From assembly GCA_019057815.1 (NCBI GenBank), contig JAHLWR010000022.1, positions 1-63,699 on the forward strand: DNA of 63,699 nucleotides. The letters run 5' to 3'. Position numbers and translations under genes: made by a program. The notes under the pieces were generated by a model. It was given only the letters and a program-made list of their open reading frames with translations, was not told the DNA's origin and did not search any database. This stretch comes from Candidatus Heimdallarchaeota archaeon. GTDB lineage: Archaea; Asgardarchaeota; Heimdallarchaeia; Heimdallarchaeales; Heimdallarchaeaceae. Numbering within the stretch: position 1 is the stretch's first letter; every line of letters starts with the position of its first letter. Of this stretch, positions 9,580 to 19,588 are shown piece after piece.

Positions 9580-9642
9580 TATTATTATTATTGGGTTTCC
9601 TCAAAACGAAATATTCATTACCTATTATGCTTCGTCTAATAT

Positions 9643-11235
9643 GTGTCAAGGAAACCTTTTGATATTATAGACATCATTTACCATAAATCAGGTCATCATA
9701 AAGCTGTAACACTGATAAGAGCATTTGAAAATTTTATTGTCACAGGTGGAAAAGATGGTCGAATCATTATTTGGGACTCTAAACTTTCAAAAGAAATCGG
9801 TTACTTATTTGCTCACAATTCTGAAGTGACAGATGTGCTCAATGACCCAAATTACAACCTAATATATTCAATTGCTAGAGAATATAATATTAAACTATGG
9901 GCGCTCCCAAGATTTCATTATAAAGGTGAAACCAAGGCGCACTCTGCAACTTTGTTAGGAATAAAAACCTGGAATGAATACTTGTTTTCAGCTAGTCGTG
10001 ACAATTATATCAAAAAATGGATTTTAGAAGATTTAACTTTAAAACAGATAGCAAAAGTTAGCGTTGAAAAACTTAGTGATTTTATAGTTTTTGACAATCA
10101 CTTGGTTACATTTAGTAGTGATGGTTTATTATCCGTATATAGCTTGCCAAGTTTGGAATTTGAAAAATACTTGAAATTCGATGTTTCATCAGTCTTAAGG
10201 GCTATCAGGAAGGCTTCAAAGAATTTTCAATCTATTAATAGAAGTGATGCTTATAATATCCTCTTAAAGAGTTCTAGAGAAAATGGTATTCCAGCATTCA
10301 AGGGAGGATTAACCACAGATAAGCTTATTTTAGCCCACAATTTCGGTTTAGTTACCATGTGGTCAAGAAATAAATTGAAATTCAAAGCAGCTTTTTATAT
10401 TCATGATGAACATATTACTGACCTCGCGGTATTTAGCAATTATTTAATAACCAGTTCTTTGAACAAAACAATTGTAAAAACAGATCTTAGTTTTAAGACT
10501 CCAAGTTCTTATAAAAAATTATCTTCAAGACCTCTTGCATTAGATGTAACACCTTCCGGAAAAATAATTGTTGGCTTAGAAAATGGTGTATTATTATGTT
10601 TGAGCAAAGAATTTGAAGTGCTTTTGGAATATAAAAATGTTTCAGCAGTCACATGTTGTTGCATAACTCCAGTCAATATCATTGTCGCCTTGGTGAATGG
10701 TAAAATTAAACTAATTAACCCTGAAACCCTATCTGAAAGTAGAACTCATAACATTCACAAAAGGAGGATTGAAGGTATTTTTTATCATAAAAATAAGATT
10801 GTCTCTATTGGAAGTGAAAAACTACTAAAAATATTTGATTTGCGATTTAATGAAATCAAAACTATTCCAGTTCCAGCCATTCCTAAAAATGTAGAGGGTG
10901 TTGGTAGATATATTGCCATTACCAAAAATCTTGCTTTTGATATAGAAAAAGAGGAATTTATAAAAGGAGAAATATCAAAACAAACAAAGAAGAATTATAA
11001 TGAGAAACTAGTTCATCATTACAACTATATTAGAGGTGATTGCATCATCAAAATAGATGCTTCAAAGCTGAATTATGTAGAAACTAAGGGTAGAGATGCT
11101 ATCTATGATGAAGGGACGCTTACACTCTTGAAAAAATTGGTAAAAACAAATACAAAAAAAAGACTATTTACTAAAATGTCCTCTCATACAATACTCAGCT
11201 CTGAATACTTAGAGACAATAGAGACGACAAAATAA
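9643..11235 (+). CDS. WD40-repeat beta-propeller protein
   Basis: Repeated H...V/I...TGGKDGRIIIWD, SASRDNYIKKW and SSLNKTI units. Confidence 0.8.
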   Translation: MSRKPFDIIDIIYHKSGHHKAVTLIRAFENFIVTGGKDGRIIIWDSKLSKEIGYLFAHNSEVTDVLNDPNYNLIYSIAREYNIKLWALPRFHYKGETKAHSATLLGIKTWNEYLFSASRDNYIKKWILEDLTLKQIAKVSVEKLSDFIVFDNHLVTFSSDGLLSVYSLPSLEFEKYLKFDVSSVLRAIRKASKNFQSINRSDAYNILLKSSRENGIPAFKGGLTTDKLILAHNFGLVTMWSRNKLKFKAAFYIHDEHITDLAVFSNYLITSSLNKTIVKTDLSFKTPSSYKKLSSRPLALDVTPSGKIIVGLENGVLLCLSKEFEVLLEYKNVSAVTCCCITPVNIIVALVNGKIKLINPETLSESRTHNIHKRRIEGIFYHKNKIVSIGSEKLLKIFDLRFNEIKTIPVPAIPKNVEGVGRYIAITKNLAFDIEKEEFIKGEISKQTKKNYNEKLVHHYNYIRGDCIIKIDASKLNYVETKGRDAIYDEGTLTLLKKLVKTNTKKRLFTKMSSHTILSSEYLETIETTK

Positions 11236-11252
11236 GAAGAAATTTTGCTGTT

Positions 11253-11741
11253 TTAAATCAAACGTTCAAATTCTTCCCCTGAATCTTGGGAAAGGTAAAC
11301 AGGTATTTTTGCTTTTTTCAAAATCTCACGACCATCGGTTCCCATTGTATCTTCAAGAATATAAATAGCTTTAATTCTGGCATTTACAAGAGACCTTGCA
11401 CACATCAAACAAGGTACGGTTGTGCAATAAAGTGTTGCATTTTCACATGAGACACCATAAAGTGCACATTGTATTATGCAATTTGTTTCTGCATGAACCT
11501 CGTTGCAAAGCTCATATCTTTCACCAGATTTGATTAGCCCTTTTGCTTTAAGTTCTTCTCTTGGGCAACCAACTTCCTTTTCATGAGGAAAACCTTTTGG
11601 AGTTCCATTATATCCAGTAGCAATTAACCTATTATCTTGTACGAAAATAGCACCAACTTTACGATGTGGTGATGTAGATCTTGAAGCAACTAGTTTAGTC
11701 ATGTCAAGAAAATATTCATGAAATGAAGCTCTTTTACTCAT
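11253..11741 (-). CDS. dCMP deaminase (ComEB-like)
   Basis: TGYNG, HAE and PCxxC zinc motifs. Confidence 0.9.
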   Translation of the reverse strand: MSKRASFHEYFLDMTKLVASRSTSPHRKVGAIFVQDNRLIATGYNGTPKGFPHEKEVGCPREELKAKGLIKSGERYELCNEVHAETNCIIQCALYGVSCENATLYCTTVPCLMCARSLVNARIKAIYILEDTMGTDGREILKKAKIPVYLSQDSGEEFERLI

Positions 11742-11772
11742 ATTATCACCTATAATTCTGATATTAATCCTT

Positions 11773-12129
11773 TTAATTCGTTTCTATTACTTTTAATAAG
11801 TATTTGTTCGCTTTCCTTATAGTTCCTGTTACATATTCAGGATAGATAAGAATCTCACTTTCATCAATCTTAGTAATTATGGTTAGAGTTACAAGCAACA
11901 TTGTTAGTGATATGTGACTGCATCTTACTAATCCAATCTTGTTTTGTTCATCAAATTTTTCAAAATATAATCCAGCCGTTGTTGTTCCATCTAGTCCGTA
12001 TAACAGTTGAAATTTATCCCACACTGCATCTTTTACCATTTTAAACGAGATATTTATTGATTTGCTTAAAATCCGGAAAATGATATACCTATCTCTATAT
12101 GTAGTTATCACAACTATTCCTCCAACCAA
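11773..12129 (-). CDS. rnp2: RNase P protein Pop5/Rpp14
   Basis: RDRYIIF, GLVRCSH, VTGTIRKA; next to Rpp30. Confidence 0.85.
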   Translation of the reverse strand: MVGGIVVITTYRDRYIIFRILSKSINISFKMVKDAVWDKFQLLYGLDGTTTAGLYFEKFDEQNKIGLVRCSHISLTMLLVTLTIITKIDESEILIYPEYVTGTIRKANKYLLKVIETN

Positions 12130-12956
12130 ATTCCTTCAATAACGAAGTTTTCGTCGAGTTTTGCTAAATTTGTCAATAGAATTGTAAGTTGTCTCTCAAA
12201 AACACAACTTTTTGTTTTGTTTAGTTTTGCGCCTAGTAAAGTAGCAATATGCCGAATCTGCTCCCCATTTCTCATCATTAAGGGTGACGAGGGATTACAA
12301 GTTAGAATAAATGGTACGTTCTTTGAGTTGAGGTGAGAAATCACTTTTTTGCCCTTTCTCATTGCAAGCACAAGCTCACCATTCGTTCTTGCTGTAAAAA
12401 GAGGTGATATATTTAATTCCAAGCATTTTTGATTTTGTTTTATAAGAGAACATAATGCTGCGTCAACAATTTCTGCTCCATTGATTATATCTATTGAAAG
12501 ATAATCTACTCTCCTATCATGTACAGCCCATTTTAAGATAGATTTATCATCTGATTGAATACAGACTATTTCATATAATCGTCTATTTTTTCCTAGCTGT
12601 TTTTTCAAAGTTTCAATTGTTCTTTCTCTCAAAGTTACTCTCGAAGCTAAGATAATAGTACCACCTTTTTCATTTAAATAAGATTTAAACGTTTTTACTA
12701 AATCGGTTAAATCGAAATTGTCCTTCCTAGCATCGTTATACCAGTCTCTAGCTGAAAGAAGTAACAAATCCTTCATTTTTAAAGAAGAGCAGATTTGGTC
12801 ACGTTCCTTTATAGTAATTGATTCAAGAAAAAGTAATGAAATGTTAAGTTTTCTTGAAATATAAAAGTACTCCATTATATCCTCTAATGTCAAATGCGGA
12901 AGATGATTTTCACAGGATAAATTCCGTCTTGTTTTAAATATTTTTGATGTACTCAT
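12114..12956 (-). CDS. rnp3: RNase P protein Rpp30
   Basis: PHP-like TIM barrel with RVDYLS, LELNISPL and SSPLMMR; coupled to Pop5. Confidence 0.8.
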   Translation of the reverse strand: MSTSKIFKTRRNLSCENHLPHLTLEDIMEYFYISRKLNISLLFLESITIKERDQICSSLKMKDLLLLSARDWYNDARKDNFDLTDLVKTFKSYLNEKGGTIILASRVTLRERTIETLKKQLGKNRRLYEIVCIQSDDKSILKWAVHDRRVDYLSIDIINGAEIVDAALCSLIKQNQKCLELNISPLFTARTNGELVLAMRKGKKVISHLNSKNVPFILTCNPSSPLMMRNGEQIRHIATLLGAKLNKTKSCVFERQLTILLTNLAKLDENFVIEGIWLEE

Positions 12957-13218
12957 TTCTCTCCTCTTTTGGTAATTTTTTTAGGGCTTCTCACTTCAAA
13001 AACTTTCTGACCTTATGTAATATCTTGGTGTAGGATAAAATTTCGATGTTATCACCATCTCTAATGAAAAGAATTAAATATAGCAAAATAGGACAGTGCT
13101 TGAAACGCACATTAAATCTAATCAACAAAAAGTGAGATAATGTTGTTGTGACAAAATGTTTAATACCATATTAAAAGTGTTTGAGTTTAGAAAAGCATAA
13201 TATGGAGTTCGAGATAAG

Positions 13219-13698
13219 ATGAGTCTTTACGAAACAATCTGGAAAAATGAGAAAAATCGTACACTCCTGATAAGTACCATAATAGCAATAGGCGCTTTAA
13301 TCCTTTCAATGATTATTGCGTCTTTAAATTATGATAGTGCACCTAATTTCATAAGAGTATGGTATTTTTCCGATCAACAGGTGCGCCACTACAGTATAGG
13401 GTTAGTTTTAATTGAAATATTATTATTATCTTTGTTCTATTTCTTCTTCTTAATAGCCATTGCTACTTTAAGTGAAATACGAGCAAATTTACCTTCATGG
13501 GGGACAATACTTCTTAGCACAATTATTGCTTTCCTAGTTACTTGGTTTGTAACATCAATCCATCCAAGCAGTGAGGCGCTACCAACTAATTTTACTACAG
13601 GAATGCAATGGACAATTTTTGGATGCTTAATTGGTGTTGTTATTTTATCAATAGTTTACTTATCATTTACAGAACCTAAAGAAAAATTAGATAGATAA
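13219..13698 (+). CDS. four-TM membrane protein of unknown function
   Basis: Four hydrophobic segments. Confidence 0.7.
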   Translation: MSLYETIWKNEKNRTLLISTIIAIGALILSMIIASLNYDSAPNFIRVWYFSDQQVRHYSIGLVLIEILLLSLFYFFFLIAIATLSEIRANLPSWGTILLSTIIAFLVTWFVTSIHPSSEALPTNFTTGMQWTIFGCLIGVVILSIVYLSFTEPKEKLDR

Positions 13699-13773
13699 AA
13701 TGATTCTAGTAAACTTTTAAATTACTTTTTTATCACAAAACTTTGAAAACAAGATAAGCATATAAAAAAAATA

Positions 13774-14172
13774 TTAAACTCCACCAGATATTAGTTCATC
13801 TAGTGTTTTTTGTCCTTTTTTAATGATTTTTAGGTTGATTTGGTAGGATGCTTCTGAGAGTGTATTTCCTCTAACAGATTTCTTCACACGCCTTCCTTTT
13901 CTTGGAACGCGGTATCCAATACCACCTCTAAGAAGTAATTTCCTTCTACCACTACCTTGAACATTAGAGCGATAGGGAAAGCCATCACGATCTGTTGCCC
14001 CCGTTATTTGAAATTCATAACCAGACAGTCCAATAATATCACCTTTTATTTGATCACCTATTTTTAATCCAATTAAAACATTAGCCTGGGACTCTCTAAC
14101 AATTTTCGAATAACATTTACCTTCTTTGCTTCCTATGTTTAATTTCATCTCAAGTTGGTCTGAATGTGACAA
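13774..14172 (-). CDS. rps6e: 30S ribosomal protein S6e
   Basis: GYEFQITGATDRDGFP, KKSVRGN, QINLKI. Confidence 0.95.
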   Translation of the reverse strand: MSHSDQLEMKLNIGSKEGKCYSKIVRESQANVLIGLKIGDQIKGDIIGLSGYEFQITGATDRDGFPYRSNVQGSGRRKLLLRGGIGYRVPRKGRRVKKSVRGNTLSEASYQINLKIIKKGQKTLDELISGGV

Positions 14173-14379
14173 TTTAAACTCTCCTTAATCTTGTTTACGA
14201 TTATTTGATTATCGAGGTCTTCCTTATTCATTCTCCATCGCCAATTCTTTTTAACAGTTTTCATGTTGAACAAAAGCTTAAATCGTTTGTAGAGTCTAGT
14301 TATGAAAGAGTGAAATACAATTCAGCCATATTTAAATAGGGGGGAGCTAAATACTACTTAAACTGTTGAAGATGTTAAT

Positions 14380-15348
14380 ATGCCACAGCAATCTTTTAAT
14401 AACAAGACAAAAGCAAGCAACACTTATTCGACTTCTGAGCAAAAAATAACGCATTGTCCAGATTGTAATTCAACAAAATTAACTTTTGATTCAATGCGAG
14501 GAGAAATATCTTGCGTTTGTTGCGGTTTAGTTGTTGAAGATTCTTATATCGATAGAACACCAGAATGGAGATCTTACAACAAAGAACAACACAATAAAAG
14601 ATCTAGAACAGGATCACCTAAGAATCTTCTAAGCTATGATCATTATGGAACAATTATAGACTACACAAATAAGGATATTTTCGGAAACAGCATCTCCCCT
14701 GAAAAAGCAAGCCAGATGTTTAGACTTCGTAATCTTCAAAGAAGAATGGTGTTGCAAAATGGTATAGAAAGGAACCTTCTTCGAGCCTTAAATGAAATAA
14801 AAAGAATCGGGAGTCAACTTAATTTAACACAAAAAGTAAGAGAAACCGCTGCAATGATTTATAGAAAAATCCTCAAAATTGGAATTGTTAGAGGAAGATC
14901 AACAGAAGCACTCGTCGCAGCATCAATCTACATTGCTTGTAGACTACATCAACAACCAGCAAGTCTTGAAGATGTTGCAGATAACACAAGGTTAAATAGA
15001 AAAAAACTAGCGAAAAATTTCCGGTTATTAATAAAACACTTAGATATAAAAATGCCCCTTGCAAATCCTGAGAGTAGCATGGCTAAATTTGCTTCTATTC
15101 TGAATTTTCCTCCAAAAGTTTTAACGGATGCTCAAAAAATTCTTGTTAGAGCTAAGGAAGCAAAAATAACAGTAGGGAAAAACCCAAATTCACTCGCAGC
15201 CGCTGTATTGTATATTGCAGCTTTACAAAATAATGTAAAATGCCCCCAGAATGATATTGCAAAATGCTGTCAAATTACAGAAGTTACATTAAGAAATAGA
15301 TACAAAGAATTTGTAAAAGTTTTAAATCTTGTAATAAATTTGAATTAA
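14380..15348 (+). CDS. tfb: transcription initiation factor IIB (TFB)
   Basis: Zn ribbon CPDC..CxxCG, PEWR B-reader, two cyclin repeats, TEVTLRNRYKE. Confidence 0.95.
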   Translation: MPQQSFNNKTKASNTYSTSEQKITHCPDCNSTKLTFDSMRGEISCVCCGLVVEDSYIDRTPEWRSYNKEQHNKRSRTGSPKNLLSYDHYGTIIDYTNKDIFGNSISPEKASQMFRLRNLQRRMVLQNGIERNLLRALNEIKRIGSQLNLTQKVRETAAMIYRKILKIGIVRGRSTEALVAASIYIACRLHQQPASLEDVADNTRLNRKKLAKNFRLLIKHLDIKMPLANPESSMAKFASILNFPPKVLTDAQKILVRAKEAKITVGKNPNSLAAAVLYIAALQNNVKCPQNDIAKCCQITEVTLRNRYKEFVKVLNLVINLN

Positions 15349-15755
15349 TGTTCGTGAACAAGTTTCACTTCTATTTCTTTTATTTCAGACATTGCACTCA
15401 TTGTGCTCTGAATTTCATTAATGTCTTCAATTAAGTCTTTTTCTTGAATGAATCCTTCCCACAAACACCGATTTTCAACTAAGCACAGTCCAGTGCTGTA
15501 AACAACCTTTGAAGCAATCGCAGATATTTTAGTCATTATTTTTGCCACAATTTCTGGTGTTAATGGAAAAATATGAATACAAATTTTATAAACTCTTGAA
15601 GATACAGGAAAGAAATACAGAGCTCTTGCATTCGAAGAATAGACGCTCAAGATTTTGTTTAAAGAAGACATATCTGCTAAATCATCAATTACTTCTTGTG
15701 GAATTGATATAATCTTTGAATCATTAAAAATAAGAGAATGAGTTAAATCGTCCAT
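15345..15755 (-). CDS. hypothetical protein, possible ACT-like domain
   Basis: Beta-alpha-beta-beta-alpha-beta pattern in the C-terminal half; GGTGG upstream. Confidence 0.55.
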   Translation of the reverse strand: MDDLTHSLIFNDSKIISIPQEVIDDLADMSSLNKILSVYSSNARALYFFPVSSRVYKICIHIFPLTPEIVAKIMTKISAIASKVVYSTGLCLVENRCLWEGFIQEKDLIEDINEIQSTMSAMSEIKEIEVKLVHEH

Positions 15756-15911
15756 ATTTTAATCAACCACCTTTGTTTTAGTAACTAAGAGAGACGTTTT
15801 ATTGGTATAATATATCTACCTATAACATTTAAATATTATAGATAAAAAACCTTTTCCTAGTTTTTAGAACTGGGAACCTATAATTTATAAAATTACGAAC
15901 CACCCCAACTT

Positions 15912-16475
15912 GTGAAAAAATTAAACTTCATCACTCACAATAAGAATAAATACTTAGAAGCAAAAATTTTAGCAAAAGAGTATAATCTTGATATTAATTG
16001 GATAAACGTTGAATATGATGAGATTCAACATGATAATCTCGATATGATAGCAAAGAGAAGTTGTGAAATAATGCAGGAAAAGAAAATTGTTGAAGGGAAA
16101 TTTATTGTTGAAGACGCAGGATTATTTATTGAAAGTCTTAATTCCTTTCCTGGCCCGTATTCAGCGTATTGTTATTTAACTATAGGAAATCAAGGCATTC
16201 TTAATCTCATAAAAAGTGAAAATAACAGGAAGGCATATTTCAAGTCAGTAATAGCCTATGCTTTTGAAGAAAGAATCACACTTTTTACTGGTATAACAGA
16301 TGGAGAAATAACTAATGAAATGCGAGGAGAAAAAGGGTTTGGATTTGACCCAATATTCCAGCCTCTAGAAAGTGACAAAACATTTGCTGAAATGTCACTA
16401 AAAGAGAAGAATTTATATTCTCATCGTCAGAAGTCACTTCGTAAGTTGTTCGCTCTGCTCAGCCTTCGTCTCTAA
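15912..16475 (+). CDS. rdgB: non-canonical purine NTP pyrophosphatase (RdgB/HAM1)
   Basis: TxNx[24 protein letters not shown]. Confidence 0.95.
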   Translation: MKKLNFITHNKNKYLEAKILAKEYNLDINWINVEYDEIQHDNLDMIAKRSCEIMQEKKIVEGKFIVEDAGLFIESLNSFPGPYSAYCYLTIGNQGILNLIKSENNRKAYFKSVIAYAFEERITLFTGITDGEITNEMRGEKGFGFDPIFQPLESDKTFAEMSLKEKNLYSHRQKSLRKLFALLSLRL

Positions 16476-16489
16476 AAGTGGTGAATATT

Positions 16490-16942
16490 ATGGCAAGAAT
16501 GCATTCAAGAAGACGTGGAAAATCAGGTTCTACAAGACCGTATAGGAGTCAAGCTCCAGAATGGATGGAGTATGATAAAGATTTTGTTGTAAAGAAAATA
16601 GAAGAATTAAGAAGACAGGGACTCTCCACAGCTATTATTGGTACTATACTACGCGATCAATATGGCGTTCCAAGTGTTAAAGAAGTATTTGGAACAAAAA
16701 TGATTAAAATAACTGAAGAATTAAATCTTAAACCAAAATATCCAGAAGATTTAGTCAATTTAGTACGAAAAGCTGTTCATCTACGTCGTCATTTAGAAGA
16801 TAGAAAAAAGGATCTTCATAGCAAAAGGGGATTACAGCTTATTGAATCAAAAATCCGTCGATTAGTCAAATATTACAAGAGAAAAGGTATATTTGATGAA
16901 AAATGGAAATATGAACCTTCGAAAGCAGGATTATTGTTGTAA
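16490..16942 (+). CDS. rps15: 30S ribosomal protein S15 (uS15/S13e type)
   Basis: [32 protein letters not shown]. Confidence 0.97.
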   Translation: MARMHSRRRGKSGSTRPYRSQAPEWMEYDKDFVVKKIEELRRQGLSTAIIGTILRDQYGVPSVKEVFGTKMIKITEELNLKPKYPEDLVNLVRKAVHLRRHLEDRKKDLHSKRGLQLIESKIRRLVKYYKRKGIFDEKWKYEPSKAGLLL

Positions 16943-17008
16943 ACCTACGAATACATCCGATATTTTTTTATTTTTGAACGTATATTTCTTTTTATCCAGT
17001 GAAATTTC

Positions 17009-18481
17009 ATGCAATCAATTGATGTTCCTTATGAGAAATATACCGAGTTAATGGAATGTGCTAAAAAAGTAGCTAAAGCCTTTGAAACTATCGAAAACAA
17101 CATAGGTATCTTTACTTTATCTAATCCAGACAACTTGAGTGCAACAGGTATAATTGTAAACATTGTTAGAAAACAGGAATTAGGAGCACATATATCCTTC
17201 TTTAAGGATGCGGAAGAACTAAAAAAGAAGCAAAAGAAACTATCTTACTCCAATTATTGTTTCCTCGGTTTTGAAATTTCAGATATCCCAAAAAATATTC
17301 TTAAAGAAAAAAGTAGCTTAGTTATAGTGATTAATCACAAGTTGAAATCTCAAGGCAATAAGAAAGAAACAAACACTCAAGAAACAGATAACTTAATTGT
17401 TTTTTCTTTGGAAGATTTAAAAATTCAACAAGAAGCATTGTCAACTACAGGTCTTGCTTACTTCATATCTGCAAACTTTTATGAAGACTACCAGAAATTC
17501 GCTAGTTTAGCTATAATAGGAGCTTTATATAATGAACAAAAAGACCACAAACAGGAATTAATTGGTTTAACAAAACTAATTTTAGATGAAGGAAAAGAGA
17601 AAAACTTCATAACATTAACAAAGGGGACAAGGATACCCGGGAGAGAAAAACAACCAATTCATTTAGCTCTAAAATATTCATTAAACCCATATTTTCCAGG
17701 TTTAACAGGTAATGAAAAAGCATGTACAGCATTTATAGCTAAACTTGGTATACCAATGCGAGATACGGAAGGAGAGTGGAGAACCATATCTTCGTTGTCA
17801 AAAGAAGAAGTCACAAAATTGAATGATAACCTAATCTCATTACTTATAGAAAAACAAAAACAAGATATCACTGAAGTTTACAAACTAATTGGACCCATTT
17901 ATCTTTCAAATACAGAACAAAATAATAGTTTAGCTCATAACATTGAGGAGTTTATGTGGTTTATCGACGGTGCTTGCTACTTAAATAAAGAAGGTTTAGC
18001 CCTTGCAGTAATTCTTGGAGACAGAAAAAATCTGCATGATCAACTAAGTAGAGAACTACAAGATTATCATGGGATAACCGCAGATTTTGTTGAACAACTA
18101 GAAAAAAAACCGGAGATGGTCGAAGACAAGGGTTATTATCGTCTGATTAAAGAAATTGATCATTTTGATAAAAAGTCAGTAGTTTTAAGGATCATCAAGT
18201 CACTCGTGGATAGTAGCATTATTCCAATAGACAAACCAATTATAGTACCAATCGCAAATGAAGATGAAATAGACCTTTTTATCTATGAATCTCCTCAACT
18301 AATCGAAAAAGGAATACAAGTATACCACATTCTTCAGGATTTGGAAAAAGAAAAACTCATTAAAAGGCTTTCAGGAGATTATAATTTCATTGAGGCTTCT
18401 GTAGACAAGGAAAATGAAACAGTAGTTATTAAACGTATAGAGAATAAATTAGAATATCATTTTCAAGGACAAAAGCAATAA
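17009..18481 (+). CDS. RecJ/GAN/Cdc45-family DHH-fold protein with degenerate active site
   Basis: rps15-[gene]-pcc1-rps3ae synteny; PYFPGLTG, LSTTGLAY and LAIIGA segments; DxD and DHH motifs replaced by NPD and NHK. Confidence 0.8.
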   Translation: MQSIDVPYEKYTELMECAKKVAKAFETIENNIGIFTLSNPDNLSATGIIVNIVRKQELGAHISFFKDAEELKKKQKKLSYSNYCFLGFEISDIPKNILKEKSSLVIVINHKLKSQGNKKETNTQETDNLIVFSLEDLKIQQEALSTTGLAYFISANFYEDYQKFASLAIIGALYNEQKDHKQELIGLTKLILDEGKEKNFITLTKGTRIPGREKQPIHLALKYSLNPYFPGLTGNEKACTAFIAKLGIPMRDTEGEWRTISSLSKEEVTKLNDNLISLLIEKQKQDITEVYKLIGPIYLSNTEQNNSLAHNIEEFMWFIDGACYLNKEGLALAVILGDRKNLHDQLSRELQDYHGITADFVEQLEKKPEMVEDKGYYRLIKEIDHFDKKSVVLRIIKSLVDSSIIPIDKPIIVPIANEDEIDLFIYESPQLIEKGIQVYHILQDLEKEKLIKRLSGDYNFIEASVDKENETVVIKRIENKLEYHFQGQKQ

Positions 18482-18500
18482 CGAAACAGGAAGGAAGAAA

Positions 18501-18779
18501 ATGGAAAATATAGAAAGTGGTAATACTCTTCAAGTTTCTCTAATAATCAATTGCTTAAATACAGAAATTGTGGACGTTATCTCGAAGAGTTTAGAGCCTG
18601 AAAATAAAATATTAACTGGTAAAACAAAAATAAAAATGGAAAAAGAGAGTAAGGCATTGCGAATTGAAATCTCTTCTGAATCAACAATATTGTCTTTAAG
18701 AACAACAATTGATGATATTTTTCATACAATTCAAATAATTAAAAAGGTCTACCAAACCATTCAAGAGCATAAAACATAG
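18501..18779 (+). CDS. pcc1: KEOPS complex subunit Pcc1
   Basis: SLEPEN and SLRTTID; position between GAN and rps3ae. Confidence 0.85.
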   Translation: MENIESGNTLQVSLIINCLNTEIVDVISKSLEPENKILTGKTKIKMEKESKALRIEISSESTILSLRTTIDDIFHTIQIIKKVYQTIQEHKT

Positions 18780-18896
18780 ATTACCATAGAAAAAACGTTA
18801 GTAAACTAAACCGCGTTCTAGAAGAATTCTTTTGAATCATAATCTTTAAAACTAAAAGAAAGTAGAAGGGGAACAACAATATAGAAGGTACTCCAA

Positions 18897-19541
18897 GTGT
18901 CATCCCAACAAGGTTCAAAATCAAGCAAATCGAAAAGAGGAAAGAGTAGAGTAGTTGACAAGTGGAAGAGCAAATCTTGGTATGAGGTTGTGGCCCCCAC
19001 TTATATAATTGAAAAGTCATTAGGAGAAACACCAGCAAGTGAACCTGAATTACTTTATGGTAGAGTAATAGAAATGGCAAAACTAGGTGTATCAAAAGAT
19101 CTATATCATGATATTAACCTTAAAATCAGATTTAAGATTACCAAAGTTGAAGGAAATGTTTGTAAAACCGAGTTTGTAGGTCATGAAATAGCAAAAGAAC
19201 AAATTCGTTCTCAAATCAGAAGAAACCGCTCAAAAGTCGAAGCTATTCTAAATGTAGTAACAAAAGATAAGGGTAGATTAAGAGTATCTTCCATAATCAT
19301 CACACCAATAAGATGTGGTACAAGCGCTAAGAAAATAGTAAGAACAAAAATAGAAAGAGTAATTAAAGAAGCTGCAAAAGAACAAGAATTCAAAGAATTT
19401 GTTCAAAATATGGTTAATGGTACCTTGTCAGCAGCAATCAAAGAAGAAGTAAAGAAAATTTACCCACTGGTCATGGTAGATGTACGAAAGAGTAAAGTCC
19501 TAACCCTACCAGAAGGGATGGAAGTTTCAGTTGAATCTTAA
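18897..19541 (+). CDS. rps3ae: 30S ribosomal protein S3Ae (eS1)
   Basis: DKWKSKSWYEVVAP, GRVIE, KIYPL..V.VRKSKVL. Confidence 0.95.
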   Translation: MSSQQGSKSSKSKRGKSRVVDKWKSKSWYEVVAPTYIIEKSLGETPASEPELLYGRVIEMAKLGVSKDLYHDINLKIRFKITKVEGNVCKTEFVGHEIAKEQIRSQIRRNRSKVEAILNVVTKDKGRLRVSSIIITPIRCGTSAKKIVRTKIERVIKEAAKEQEFKEFVQNMVNGTLSAAIKEEVKKIYPLVMVDVRKSKVLTLPEGMEVSVES

Positions 19542-19588
19542 ATAAAAGCAACATTCCTTTTTTTACATCTTTATTTCTTAATAATTTG

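Noticed and set aside
9511-9580. tRNA on the minus strand (contains GAGCGGTCAA and GTGAGTTC)
   Set aside because: The elements are in the wrong order and no cloverleaf forms; the plus-strand C/D architecture explains the region
12991-13170. Open minus-strand frame of about 59 codons with vague Pop5-like C-terminus (ILSYTKILHKVRKFLK)
   Set aside because: No ATG start, overlaps a probable divergent promoter region, and the similarity is too weak to support
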